Source of the DNA: Octopus vulgaris
Taxonomy: Eukaryota
Length of the DNA stretch: 64,000 nucleotides
Assembly: GCA_951406725.2 (NCBI GenBank)
Contig: OX597817.1
Coordinates: 150,598,001-150,662,000, forward strand
Direction of reading: 5' to 3'
Part shown: one piece after another, positions 39,188-52,441 of the stretch
Layout: each line of letters starts with the position of its first letter
Position numbering within the stretch: the stretch's first letter is position 1
Notes under the pieces: model-generated
Databases searched by the model: none
What the model was told of the DNA's origin: nothing
What the model saw: only the letters and a program-made list of their open reading frames with translations
Program-made: the position numbers and the translations under genes

Positions 39188-39515
39188 TACTAGTGTAGCT
39201 AGTTGTTGTTGTTGTTAAGCAACAGGACGGGTAAGGGTCATTAGGTGATGATCTAGGGCTTAGGGGCAGTAGACCCCAGACCTTGGGAAAAAAAAAAACT
39301 TTGGTCGTCATGTTGTAGTCGAGGGCTCTTCGTTGACGCCTGACACCACTGGGAGGTGGCCCTCGAAGTCGCTGGAAATGGAAAGCTAGTGGAGGGGGTG
39401 GTCTGCCCTGCACTGCACTTTGGGTCTACTGTAAGCAGTATGTGTTTTTAGTGGGGTACAGGGGCAGCAAATGGAAGGGCCACTCTGGGCAGCACACACT
39501 CTAGCTATGCTAGTG
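39188..39515. mobile_element. Degenerate GC-rich DNA-transposon MITE
   Basis: Imperfect TIRs tactagtgtagctag / ctagctatgctagtg. Confidence 0.4.
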
Positions 39516-39631
39516 GCTGATATGTAATTTAAGTGTACTACTCAACTATATATCAGAACTGCAGTGGATTTGAGCTGATTACTTAGGAATTAATATTCCA
39601 GTATCTTATCTTCTTGATCATTTTGTTTCTA

Positions 39632-39771
39632 GTGCATAGGAGTGGCTGTGTGGTAAGTAGCTCGCTTATGAACCACATGGTTCCGGGTTCAGTCAGTGTC
39701 TTCTACTATAACCTCGAGCCGACCAAAGCCTTGTGAGTGGATTTGGTAGATGGAAACTGAAAGTAGCCCGT

Positions 39772-39814
<43 letters not shown>

Positions 39815-40012
39815 GTGTCTGTGTTTTTCCTCCCAACATCGCTTGACAACCGATGCTGGTGTGTTTACGTCCCCGTAACTTAGCAGTTCGGCAAAAGAGA
39901 CCGATAGAATAAGTACTAGGCTTACAAAGAATAAGTCCTGGGATCAATTTGCTCGACTAAAGACGGTGCTCCAGCATGGCCACAGTCAAATGACTGAAAT
40001 AAGTAAAAGAGT
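39632..40012 (+). mobile_element. tRNA-derived SINE family 1 (internal (TA)n, 3' gactgaaacaagtaaaagag)
   Basis: A-box-like gtggctgtgtggtaag and B-box-like gggttcagtc; many homologous copies in the window. Confidence 0.85.
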
Positions 40013-40046
40013 GCAGAATCAAGCAGATTCCTTAAAGGGCTCTGTA

Positions 40047-40593
40047 ATAGGTCTGATCGAAAAGTATCAGGACTGGTGCTATAAAAAAAGGAAAACTGCA
40101 ACACATGTCAATTCAACATTTAGTCTTCTTTGAAGTTGTCCCCTTCTGAAGCTACTCACTTTATCCAGTGTTATTTTCATTGACTGGAGCATTCCTGGAA
40201 CTCCTTTTTTGGGGATAGTGAGAAGCTGCCTTGTCGCATTCTCTTGGATTTCTTCAACGTCTTGAAATCTTGTTCCTTTCAAGTGGGATTTGATTTTTGG
40301 AAAGATTCTTAGCTATAATAACCTTGAAGCCATGTCTCTTTCCATGCACACACACACACACACATTTTCTCTGCTATGGTCACTGATGGATCTTCTGTGG
40401 TGTGGTGAGATGATCGCACTCTACACCCTTTACTTACAAGTGCTGCTATAAACAATGGAAGTGAGTAAGAATGTTATTATTTAGTGTGCATGCATGATAT
40501 AGTTCAAGGTCAATCTGTGCCAAGCGGCTTTACTCTGCGTACTTTAGCTCTTTTACCATAGCAACAGTCTCAATACTTTTTGATCAGACCTCG
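40047..40593 (-). mobile_element. Internally deleted mariner element
   Basis: TIRs aggtctgatcgaaaagtatcaggactg / cagtctcaatactttttgatcagacctcg; minus-strand KGTRFQDVEEIQENATRQLLTIPK...VASEGDNF is a mariner transposase C-terminus. Confidence 0.85.
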
Positions 40594-41129
40594 TTTAGTT
40601 TGGATGCCTGCTAAATTTAATTTATGCCATACCCCACCTCTTGAAAAGCATGAAAGGGGACTTTGAATAATGTCTTTGATATACAGTTTTTGAGGAAAAA
40701 ATAAGATGGTCATGGTTAGAATGACTTTGATTATAGATCTATTTGATCATAACTACCTTGGGTTAAATAATAATAGATTCTACTATATTAATAATGTTTT
40801 GTAAGTTCAGGGACAGCATGACAATTGAGGGACAGCTAGCTTGGTCAACTAATGGGCACAGTGCTGGAGTTGGACTTAGTGAGGCCCTAAGCTTTATAAA
40901 GCTTGGAGATCTTTGTTATACCAAGAATTGTCAACTGAGGGGAATTTGGCAGCTATTTCTAGTCCATCAGTTGACTTGCCAGATTTTAAATTTTGAGTAA
41001 TCCTAGTCAAACATGCCCCTTCTGGTACAAAATGTTGTTCTTACAATCTTTAAGGAGATTATGTACCTATTCTAAACCAAGATACACAAACAAGTTCTAT
41101 GTTTGAATCATGTGAGTGAGATATTGGTA

Positions 41130-41350
41130 ATGAACATGGTGCAGCAAAGACAGTTGTAAAGACTGGAAATGAGAACAGTTTGGTGAATGAATAGAGTATT
41201 GTCGAGAAAGAGGAAGACTAATAATGAATTTCAGAGAATGATGAGAATAGAGACAATAATGGTTGTTGGGAAAAGAAATAGGATGAGGTAGCTAGGTCAT
41301 GCACTGAGGAAAGAAGAAAGTGACTGGGTGAGAGGAGTGCTGGACTTAAA
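41130..41350 (+). mobile_element. RTE-clade LINE remnant
   Basis: RNRMR*LGHALRKEESDWVRGVL motif. Confidence 0.5.
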
Positions 41351-41646
41351 ACACTCATTGTTGATTAGTTCTAGTCAGTTTTACTGGAGTTGAATCATAC
41401 TGGGTAGCAGTCAAACACTTAGCGGTAATCTACAAATCCAACCCACCAGTTGTGCTTCACCCCTGGTCATGGACTACATCACATATTCTATCATATAAGG
41501 GTTGGTTATGTTGAGTGTAGCTGGGGTATTTCACAACCTCTCAGACATTGGTAAAACTGATACCATCATTGGTCCCCTTGAACAGCAACATGAAGATGGT
41601 GGCATGAAAAACATAAGAAAGGAATTCCAGAGGGGTATTTTAGTGA

Positions 41647-41970
41647 AGGCACATGGCTCAATGGCTAGAGCGTCGAGCTTACGATTGTGAGGTTGTGACT
41701 TCGAATCCCGGACCGGGCTGCGTGTTGTGTTCTTGAGCAAGACACTTTATTTCATGTTGCTCCAGTTCACCCAGCTGTAGAAATGAGTTGCGACGTCACA
41801 GGTGCCAAGCTGTATCTGCTGTTGCTTTACCCTTGGATAACACTGGTAGCGTGGAGAGGGGAGGCCAGTATGCATGGGCAACTGCTGGTCTTCCATAAAC
41901 AACCTTGCCCAGACTTGTGCCTGGGAGGGTAACTTTCTAGTTGCAATCAGTCATGACTGAAGGGGGTCTC
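41647..41970 (+). mobile_element. tRNA-derived SINE family 3
   Basis: A box tggctcaatggctag, B box acttcgaatccc, then gttcttgagcaagacacttt...gctccagttcacccagctg; related minus-strand copies at about 28555-28765 and 47990-48255. Confidence 0.75.
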
Positions 41971-42495
41971 AACAAAGCCGGAGTATTTTACTTATTTTGT
42001 TACCCAATCTGTTCATATAGCTACAGTAGCTGTGGACAAAGTAGATTTAGTTGTGCATAAGTACTTGAGATTTTTCATTGTTTTGCCCCAAGTCAGCCTT
42101 ATGATCTAAGGCATTTTAATCACGATCATGCTGTCATTTATTTTAGATAAAACTGTGATGTGAGTGATATTTGGCTGTTATTTCTACAAGGTTCAGTGGT
42201 TACATAGATTCCCTATTTGTTGGCTGAACTTATTAGAGGTTGTTGGCTCTACAACACTCTTTTTCATTCTAGTGAAGAAATAGAAATTACAGAAAGTGGT
42301 TTTGATATAATTGGATGTTGTAACAATGATGAAGATTGTTTCTTTGAGATAAGTCATTGTGGGTGGTTAGATATTATGAAGGTTCCATAACATTATACAA
42401 GAGCTGTGAACTGTGATCCTAATGTGTTTAAGTCATTCTTAAGTTTTAGTATTTTCATTTTGTTGTTAATATGTGATGGGTGTAGCAACATGTTA

Positions 42496-42861
42496 TCTCT
42501 CTATATATAAACGGCAAAATGTCTGTGTGTGTGTCCTTTATACAAATCCACAATTTTTAAGTTAGAGGGCTCGCAACTTTTCTATGGTCATTCAAAACTG
42601 TTCAAGGGTGGTTGTGCACATCTTTACATTTCCCCAGTCACCCTGCAAAGCCATTAAAAAATCAATACAAGTGACTTTTTTGTGAATTTTCTATCCAAAG
42701 CCCAATCAAAATACCCGAAACTTGATACGCCAATTAAATGCCAGCTAGCTGTATGCGATTGGTCAGAGATTTGGACAGTACTCGCATGTATGTGCACATG
42801 CACACAGCTGTATATGCATGCATTAGCACTATGACCCGGCATTGCCGGATCATAGTGCTAA
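42496..42861 (+). mobile_element. Non-autonomous Helitron
   Basis: Inserted between A and T; 5' TC(tctctatatataaacggc); 3' GC-rich hairpin cccggca-t-tgccgg and CTAA (CTRR) end; no TSD. Confidence 0.7.
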
Positions 42862-43089
42862 TAATTTATAATCTGGAGAATTTTGTTTGGGATGGTATTC
42901 ATTGTTAAGGATGATGAACATGAGGACAGGGGATTAATAGAAGTGGTAGAGCAGTAGACAAAATGTCTTGCAATAGTCTTCACCATAAACTGGCCTTGTG
43001 CCAAAATTTGAAACCAATATTCTTCACCATAAAGCAAGAAATTAAATACAAAGCAGCTGGGTCCAATTTGGAAGTAGCATTACCAGTTC

Positions 43090-43487
43090 CTCCTGTGCTC
43101 TTGAGCACTTTGGGCAACTAGTTGATGCCACTGGTTTCTGTTGGTTGTAGTTTTCAATGCATCTGGCTATGGGCTATTGGCCTCTCTTATGTCTGTTATG
43201 AATGATCTATGCCATGTAGTTTTCGGTCCTCCTCTCTTTCTTTGTTCCTCCAGTGGTGCCTGTTTGAAAGCTGTTTTAGAATGGTGTTCTGAAAGCCTGA
43301 GTATGTAACCTGCTAGTTTTAATCTTTGTTCTGTGAGGATTTAGCTAAGTGATCTTCTGTTGGCTTTCTTTAGATTGTCTTCATTGGTTACATGATCTTG
43401 CCAATACATTCTCAGAATCGTTCTCAAGCATCTTCAGTGGAACACGTCTAGCTTTCTGTTGATTTTCACAGTGCTCTTCCATGTCTC
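43090..43487 (-). mobile_element. RTE-clade LINE remnant
   Basis: ETWKSTVKINRKLDVFH*RCLRTILRMYWQDHVTNE...RLKLAGYILRL...RKRGGPKTTW. Confidence 0.8.
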
Positions 43488-45258
43488 GTTGTGTATACTC
43501 GAGTAGAAAAAAGAGGATAAAACATATCATTGAGTTTTAGGTACACAATGTATACGACCATGTCGCATTATATTCTACATCATTTTGTACTTGAATAAAT
43601 ACAGTATGTATTTGAGTTTGAAATTGCATTGATAAAATATATTTGAGTTTGAAATTGCATTGATAAAATAAGTACCAGTTAAAATATGATTACCTATACT
43701 TCTTGTGCCTATGTTACAAATGAATAGATTGAAAGGGTATAAAAGAATGGAGAGTGTTGTATGTGATATGAAATAATCAAGTATTGTTAATAAGTTAGAA
43801 CATAGGGAGTATAACGAATCTTCAAGCAATGTCTATGTTGATGAGATGGAAATAAGAAAGGACTTCATGTTTTATATGTTGTAATCAAGTAGCTAGTGAA
43901 GAAGTAACATTCTAAGGAATTGAGTTATTGCTTATAAGTTGAGTGTTTGATCCAATTAAAATCCTTGTTTACTGAAGTAACATTGCCTTAAATAAGGAAC
44001 TATTAAAGGCATATAAGAGGTTTAAGCTGTTGATTAGTGCTATGTCAGCCCTGATCAAGCAAACTTGTGGTCAAATATGTTCCAGCCATGACCATATTAT
44101 CTATCTTTAACAGTCATATTGTATAAGGAATTACATTATTCAATATGTCCTTCCTTTTATGAGATGGTTATGAGGGATTTGGTGCCTATTTCTAACAAGT
44201 GTCTATATAGAGGCTCCCTTGTTTGCCCTAAGGAGCTATGTTATTGACTAATGTCAGAAAATGTTCTTCATCATTTAACGTCCGTTTTCCATGCTGGCAT
44301 GGGTTGGACGGTTTGACAGAAGACTGCACAAGGCTTCACTGTCTATTTTGGCATAGTTTTTACAGCTGGATGCTTTTTCTAACACCAACTAGCTTACAGA
44401 GTGGACTGAGTCCTTTTTACATGGCACCAGCACTACTAATATCTGAAATATTTTGATATTTGCAAAATCCAGTGTTTGTTTACTTTTTTTTTTCCATCTG
44501 TTCAAATGACACTTCTCCAACTTTGAAGACTCTGGTTCTTTAGCAAATAAATTTGGTTCTTTAAGAATTAGTTTGCTTTTACTTTGAAACAGTAACTTAA
44601 TCTTTTACTTCATGACTTCATAGTTTTCTTTCTTTCTTATATGAAAATGTCATAGTTTTATTTGCTGTGAATTTCAATAAATTCAACTTTTGATGTAGGT
44701 AAAAGCCTTTAAAAACTAATATATAATTCCAAGATCTTTCTTCTAAAATGACTCATTCTTGAAATCCCATTTGATTACTGCTTCCACATCTAAGACAGTA
44801 CGGCTTTTTTACTTACAGATATCCTAGACAACATCCTTAAAAATGGTCACCAGATAGACTGGAATGGACACACTTGCCAATGCACTCTGATTTCTCACCC
44901 AGAGATGTGCTAGTTCTCCACTCTGCCATTTCTACTGTTACTGTAGTGGCCATTGTTCTTTGAAGCTCGCTGGTCTTGTGTGTCATTTCCACTCTGGTCC
45001 ACTTGACTGACTTACTTTTCTTCTTGCCACCCACATTGTTTCTCTCCTTCCCCTGGCTCTACATTATCATTTTTCCCCGATCATTTTCTACAAGTCACCC
45101 TTCTGGAATTCCTTTCTTATGTTTTTCATGCCACCGTCATCATGTTGCTGTTCAAGGGGATCAACGATGGTATCAGTTTTACCAATGTCTGAGAGTTTGT
45201 GACACCCATAAACCAATCTAAACCGATTCATTATTCACTTCTTAGAAAAATCTTTTAA

Positions 45259-45479
45259 CCCTTTCGTTACCAACCCGACTGAAACCGGCTCTGGCTCTTT
45301 GGTATAAATGTCTTGTGTTCATAAATTTTGAATTCAAATCTTCCACCAAATCTTAGTTAAAATTTATGTTCCTAACACTAGCTTAATGATAACGAAGTTA
45401 ATTTACTAAATTCTTTGTTATATTTAAAACAATTGAAAGAAACACAGAGCATCTCAAAATAAATACAGTAATGAAAGGG
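45259..45479. mobile_element. piggyBac family A MITE
   Basis: TTAA TSDs, TIR ccctttcgttac / gtaatgaaaggg. Confidence 0.9.
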
Positions 45480-45547
45480 TTAAATAAGAGTGATTGAGAT
45501 ATTCATTGTATGAATGTACCATTATCTAATCTGTTCAAACTATTTAA

Positions 45548-45720
45548 CACTTTATTATTTAAACCAGCCATATACAGCTAAAATATTCTATGCATTTTAT
45601 GTTCAAACTGTCCAGATCTTACCTCTCACACCGATCCTACAATATCATTCTAAAAATTAATAGCTCATCAAAATCTCAAAGCTACAAGCTCTTGACTAAA
45701 TAATGTGAATGTTAAAGTGC
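45548..45720. mobile_element. Degenerate piggyBac family B MITE
   Basis: Similar to the reverse complement of 11828-12046 (aaaccagccatat...aaatattcta...gttcaaactg...cctctcacacc). Confidence 0.55.
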
Positions 45721-46857
45721 TAAAAATGTGTCAACATGGAACTAGCATTCTTCTGTAACTTCATCATGATCAACATCATTTAACGCCCACTTTCCATGCT
45801 GGCATGAGTTGGACGGTTTCACTCAGGACTGGCAAGCCAGGAGGCTTCACCAGGCTCTGATCTGACAAGGTTTCTTCAGCTGGATGCCTTTCCTAATGCC
45901 AACCCATCTGAGAGTGCAGTGGGTGCTTTTTACATGCCACCAGCTTCTACTATATTCTAGAATTTAAATTTCCAATACTAAAATTAAGAGGCCACATAAC
46001 AACTGGAACAAAATGAATGTGTCTCAAATAATCCTGGGGAAGTATATGTTAATAACATTTTTAATTATTGATTTGTGATTAAACTATAAACATCATGAAG
46101 CAGAATGAGATGATTGGACATGGTTGTTTAGATGCTGTTGATTTGGCACAGCTGACTGAACATTCAGCCTGATTTAGAGAAAAATAGAGAGAGAGAGAGA
46201 GGTTACACATGCACACAAACATCATGTTCATCTGTTGGAGCAATGAGGACCAGCTAGTATTATTAAGGATCACTTATGTGGTGACTGTTTAAAGTGAAGA
46301 AGGCTTGTGCACAAGAACTAGGGATGGAGATGGATGCAGTGGCTGACCAAGATGTCTTATTGCTTCATCTTGCTCTCTCCACTCCACAATGTGTTACTGC
46401 AGCTGCCTTCACTTCTGTTGAACCCTGAAGGCTTCTTCCACAGGGTCCACTGGATCCAGTCTTTACATGCATAAGTAGGCAAGCCATAATAAGCTAGTTA
46501 ACACACAGCTGGGACTCTGACAGGTGTTACTACTCTGGGTCAGAGTAGACCAGAGAGCCATAGTGGCTAAGAAGTGGTTCCACATTCCTCAAAAATCCTG
46601 GAACTCTGGGACCAGGGCACCACTATCAGATACAGTTTAAAGTCGTACCCAGAATGCAATTACAAACATAACTACATGTTCACATGCTTAAACAGAGGGC
46701 GAGGGAGAATGAGAGACCCATTAGAATGTATGATGTCAAATAAGTCCTTGTCAGATCAATGACACTAAAATGGCTGTGCCGAAATATCTCATACTCATTC
46801 TGTGAAGAACATTTAGATTATGCTAATTTTCCGTTTTTTTTTCTTCTTTTTTTTCAG

Positions 46858-46966
46858 TTGACAATTTTTCATATTGTAACAAATTAGTTACTTCTTACAA
46901 AATAAATATGAACCCATGCTAATAACTTGGACATTTGGAATATGGATTCAGTATTACCGAAGCAAG
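46858..46966 (+). other. Isolated exon of an unidentified gene divergent from rad21 (possible start MDSVLPKQ...)
   Basis: Branch-like tgctaat, ~25-nt polypyrimidine tract + cag|, donor caag|gtatgt; ATG at 46942 in context gaatATGG. Confidence 0.55.
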
Positions 46967-46997
46967 GTATGTTACTTTATTTTTATTTATTGTTTAT

Positions 46998-47363
46998 AGT
47001 GCCTGTGTGGTAAGTAGCTTGCATAGTTCCGGGTTCAGTCCCACTGCATGGCACCTTGGGCATGTGTCTTCTACTATAGCCTTGGGCCTACCAAAGCCTT
47101 GTGAGTGGATTTAGTAGACAGAAACTGAAAGAAGCCCGTCATATATATCTCTATATATATATATATGTATGTGTGTTTGTGTTTGCCCCCCCCCCCCCAT
47201 CACTTGGTGTATTTACATCCCTGTAACGGTTTGGCAAAAGAGACCGATAGAATAAGTACTAGGCTTACAAACAATAAGTCCTAGGGTCGATTTGCTTGAC
47301 TAAAGGCAGTGCACCAGCATGGCCACCGTCAAATGACTGAAACAAGTAAAAGAGTAAAGAGTA
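46998..47363 (+). mobile_element. SINE family 1
   Basis: Collinear with 39632-40012. Confidence 0.85.
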
Positions 47364-47671
47364 ATTTCCAAATTTAACAATTTCTGGATATTTTCTTTTA
47401 CAGCTTCAGAGGCATAGGGTGTATGCCACTGGGGGCAGCCCTTGAGTTCCCACCGCCCTGTATAAGCTTGTACAGACTGATACAGCAGACCCATAAGTGC
47501 TCCTCCCATAAAAATGTTGCCCTTGCAGGTTCCTCTTCATGCCCCCACCCCAGCTACATTACTGTGTGCCTTATATAATTTTTCAGGAAAATGATTGTGT
47601 TTTATGTGCAATCATTCAAGAAAATGAATGATAATATGGTATTTCTAAGTTTGTAGTAAGCAATAATTTAA

Positions 47672-47849
47672 TTTTACTCTTTCCTCTTTTACTTGTTTCA
47701 GTCATTTGACTGCGGCCATGCTGGAACACCGCCTTTAGTCGAGCAAATCGACCCTAGGACTTATTCTTTGTAAGCCTAGTACTTATTCTATCGGTCTCTT
47801 TTGCTGAACCGCTAAGTTATGGGGACATAAACACACCAACATCGGTTGT
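47672..47849 (-). mobile_element. SINE family 1, 3' half, inverted
   Basis: Reverse complement of the 3' half of 46998-47363. Confidence 0.85.
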
Positions 47850-48394
47850 TTTAATAATGATTTTAAAATATTTGTTTTATAACATTTATGGAGTAATGCT
47901 CAAATGACTGATCCTCCTTTGTTTTGGTCGCAAATTTTATTCATTAACATTATGTCCTGCAACTGTTAGAATGTAGAAGATAACTGGAAGCTGCTTGTGA
48001 AAATAATGTGCAAGCGGCTGAGCATTCCACGGACATGTGTGTCCTTAATGCAGTTCTCAGGGAGATTCAGCATGAAACAGTATGTGACAAGGCTGGTCCT
48101 TTGAATTACTGGTACAACTCATTTTTGCCAACTGAGTAGACTAGATCAATGTGAAATAAAGAGTCTTGCTCAAGGACACAGTGCACAGCCAGGAATCAAA
48201 CTCACAAACTTATGGCTGTGAGCTGAATACCCTCACCTCTAAGCCACACATCTTCACAGAAAGTATAAGTTGAAAGTTGGTAAAGCAGCATGTTCATCAG
48301 CGATAGTTACTGAGGTGTCAAAAATATTAAGTGATGGAATAAAAAGATGGGAGAAACTGTATAGAAGCCCATCACATATGTACATGTGCATATA

Positions 48395-48637
48395 CAGGGT
48401 TGGCCAAAAGTCACCTGACAGTAAATTTAAACCGTATAATTCTAAGATTAAAACTAAAAATTATTTTATACGAAACTTTGCTAATAAATAGGCAAATGTT
48501 GAGGGGGAAAAAAATGGTGATTTTTAACTCACAGCATTCAATTATTAAAAATTCATAATTGGAATGAATAAATAAAATTGAATATTAAGTATTTATGGAA
48601 TTTTGATTTACTGTCGGGTGACTTTTGGCCAACCCTG
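48395..48637. mobile_element. Tc1/mariner-type MITE
   Basis: 32-bp TIR CAGGGTTGGCCAAAAGTCACC(T/C)GACAGTAAAT (31/32 match), TA TSDs. Confidence 0.9.
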
Positions 48638-48668
48638 TATATATATATGCTTGTACATATGATATATA

Positions 48669-48708
<40 letters not shown>

Positions 48709-50255
48709 TCGTTGTTTAATGTCTGCTTTCCATGCTGGCATATATATTATACACACGTGTGTACATGCATATATATATGTGTATATATTTAGATTCAGCA
48801 TCTTTGCATGAAGCTGCTTGAGCAAAAAACAAATGGTGTTATGTTGACATTCCCTGCCAACAAACCATTCTGTATCTCCTCACTTTTGAAAACAAGGGGT
48901 ATGAAAACACCCCTTACTTGAAAAACATAGATTAGCGACAGAAAGAAAACCATTATCATCGTATAATTGTCTAATTTTTTCATGCTTGCATGGAGCAGAT
49001 GGACAGAATTTGTTGAGGCAAATTGTCTATAGCCTGATGGCCTTCTTGTTGCCAACCCTCTCTTGTTTCCAGGCCAGGTAAAATTTTTAATGACCAGGCA
49101 TGTTTTTACAGAAGACTGGAAATGAACATTACTTGTATGATGATATTGCTTATTTAAAACTATAGCATGATTTCTAGTCAAGGACACACACACACATGAT
49201 GGGCTTCTTTCAGCTTCCATCTACTAAATCCACTCACAAGGCTTTGATTGTCTCAGGTTTACAAGGTGCCATGCAGTAGCACTGGTCCTGAGACCATATC
49301 ATTGGGAAGCAAGCTTCTTAACCACACAGCTATATCTGCATCTATTTCATTTGGCTGTAAAATAATGCCTCAATAATAACATTGAAAAACAGATGTAGAA
49401 CAATGAATGACTGAATAAACATTGCATACAAAAAGAAGGCAAGACTTTTCTATACTGATGAGGAAATAAAAGTTTGTCTGTTTGAAATATTTCGTAATAC
49501 TTGAGAAAAAATCACAAGGCATTAATTAGGCTCCTGCTTCTTATTTAAGTAGCTTCATTTGAAAAAAATTCTTAAAAATATAATCCTATTGTCATTTCAT
49601 CTTAACTTTGTTTAGAAGTAATAGAGTTGTTGTTCATATATAATATACTGAAAAATTAATATAATTAATGTTTTAATAACATAAACTGATAATTTTCTTT
49701 GCTGTTTGATCAGATATCTGTTTTGTTGTGTAACATTATTATACTTGTGTTCAAAAAGTTTGGAAACCACTGTATCAAACTGTTTTCTGATTGTGTGCTA
49801 AAAATATTGGTTTTGGCATTGTATTATTTTTGGATTTATAAAACCCTATGTTTATAGATATCTGTTTGATTTGACTTGTAGCAGTGTTCAGAGAAAAGTC
49901 ACAATACCAATTTATGATTTTTAATAATAACAAATCTATACAAAAAAAAATCTTGATTAATCATAAGAAAACCTTTAACCCACAAAAACTGCTGTTCAAA
50001 TTTACATGTAATACCTTGCTTTACATGCATCTGATTGTACTAAAAAAACTTCCTGTATTAAACCAGAAAAAATCTCCCTACCATCTTTTCCTCTCTACCC
50101 ACATTCTATAAGCATACACTTTGTGTCCTCCATTCCTGCACAACCACTTTTTCTTCAAGAAGGTTCAAACACACATGCTTTGTCTTACCCTCTCTCACTC
50201 ACACACACGCACACACACACGACTTTTAGTTTCATTCATCTAAATTCACTCACTC

Positions 50256-50584
50256 AGCTCCTTGCAATAGGTGAAAATCTATGAAGTAGAAACTGTTCTT
50301 TTCTGTATATTTTTAAAATTATTTTTATAATTTTTATATATTTATTTTTTATTATAAATGCAAAACAACATCATGGAGGAATTGACGTAAGCTTAAGTAA
50401 TAAACTGATAGGTGAACCGTGATATGGTGAGGGATTACTATAGTAATGTCATACTGTATACTTTTTGGTATCTACAATAGCTAGCAACAGGTTTACTTTC
50501 ACTCATGGTTTCACTTTCTAAGAAGCCGCTTTCAAGTTTTGTCTTAGAAAATCCAATTTCACTTCCTGATAACCTGAAGTACTC
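50256..50584 (+). repeat. 329-bp direct duplicate of 52257-52585
   Basis: By-eye comparison shows no differences; offset 2001 bp. Confidence 0.9.
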
Positions 50585-50967
50585 TTTTACTTGTTTCAGT
50601 CATTTGACTGTGGCCTTGCTGGACCACCGCCTTTAGTCGAGCAAGTCAACCCTAGGACTTATTCTTTGTAAACCTAGTACTTATTCTATCAGTCTATTTT
50701 GCCGAACTGCTAAGTTACGGGGGACACTCAAGTGTCGGTTGTCAGGCTATGTTGGGGGACAAACACAGACAAATAAACATATACACACACACACATATAT
50801 ATATACACATACATACATATATACGACAGGCTTCCTTCAGTTTCCGTCTACCAAATCTGCTCACAAGGCCAGGGGCTATAGTAGAAGACACTTGCTCAAG
50901 GTACCACACAGTGGGACTGAACCTGGAACCATGTGGTTGGTAAGCAAGTTACTTACCACTCAGCCAG
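50581..50967 (-). mobile_element. SINE family 1
   Basis: Full-length reverse-complement copy. Confidence 0.85.
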
Positions 50968-51359
50968 TCCAAGGTACTGAATCAAACTTAACCATAGAGC
51001 TTGTCCTTTCAGGTGCTGGTATCACTTAAAAAGCTTATGTTCTGGTGTTGCATTAACACACCCATGCTGGTGCTGCATATATGCAGCCATGCCGGTGGCA
51101 TGTAAAAAGCACCCAGCATTTCTGTTAAGTGATTCGTATTAGGAAGGGCATCCAGCCATAGAAACCATGTCTCAACAGACAGTTGAAGTCTGGACAACTC
51201 TCTGCTAGCCAGCTCCATGTCAAACTGTCTGACCCATGCCAGCATGGAAAGCGGAGTTAAACGATGATGATGGCAATGGTATATACATACACAGAGAAAG
51301 AGAGAGAGAGATCATATTCTCATTTATTATTCTTAATGACTTATTTTTTATTATTAAAA

Positions 51360-51750
51360 AGTGGCTGTGTGGTAAGAAGCTTACTTCCCCATCACATGGT
51401 TCTGGGTTCAGTCCCACTGCGTGGCACCTTGGGCAAGTGTCTTCTACTATAGCCTCGGGTCAACTAAAGCCTTGTGAGTGGATTTGGTAGACAGAAACTG
51501 AAAGAAACCCATATATATATGTATGTATGTAAGTATGTATATATGTATGTATTTGTGGGTCTGTGTTTGTTCCCCTACCATTGCTTGACAACCGATGTTG
51601 GTGTCTTTACATCCCTTGTAACTTAGTGGTTTGGCAAAAGAGACTGATAGAGTTAGTACTAGGTTCCAAAGAATAAGTCCTGGGATCAATTTGCTCGACT
51701 AAAGGCAGTGCTCCAGCATGGCCGCAGTCAAATGACAAACAAGTGAAGAA
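51360..51750 (+). mobile_element. SINE family 1
   Basis: Full-length copy. Confidence 0.85.
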
Positions 51751-52219
51751 AAAAACCCCCAAAATATCAGCATTTCTTCATTTTTAGGCCCCCTGTGAAA
51801 GAGAAAGTATTTATCTTGCCAGAAGTCGATATTTCCCAGGTCAAAAAGTGAAAATATTTCTTTTGCCAGAGAGGTAGAGAAATGAAAGTGTTGTTATGAA
51901 CTTTTACTTTTTAATGCTTGCTATATATACTCAATAATATAAGAGCTTATACACACTTGCACTACTGATAATTTTTCTTACAAAAATATGTTTGCAAACA
52001 TTTTTGGTACACCTTTCATAGTTGTCCACCTGTGTGTGTGTGTGGGAGGGATCTTCACTGATCTCGTGACCCTCAGCACAAGCAGAACAAAATCAAATTT
52101 GGGGAAGAAGGCCATAATTTTTCAGAAAAGTAATTGTAATATTTCTTCTATTAACATTCGATGCACATGAGTAATTAAGTCATGCTTTGTTCACAGTTAA
52201 TTAAGATATTTGGTGAATA

Positions 52220-52441
52220 CAGTAAGCCCCTGACTATCGTGGGCGTTACATTCTAAAGCTCCTTGCAATAGGTGAAAATCTATGAAGTAGAAACTGTTCT
52301 TTTCTGTATATTTTTAAAATTATTTTTATAATTTTTATATATTTATTTTTTATTATAAATGCAAAACAACATCATGGAGGAATTGACGTAAGCTTAAGTA
52401 ATAAACTGATAGGTGAACCGTGATATGGTGAGGGATTACTA
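52220..52441. mobile_element. Tigger/pogo-like MITE
   Basis: TA-flanked degenerate TIRs cagtaagcccctgactatcgtgg / ccgtgatatggtgagggattacta. Confidence 0.6.

Noticed and set aside
41647-41720. tRNA gene
   Set aside because: A and B boxes belong to a SINE head that continues into a SINE body; no complete acceptor stem.
49450-49500. CTGATGA...GAAA...TC on + resembling a hammerhead
   Set aside because: Helix I does not pair (ctata vs gtaat) and helices II and III are not well formed.
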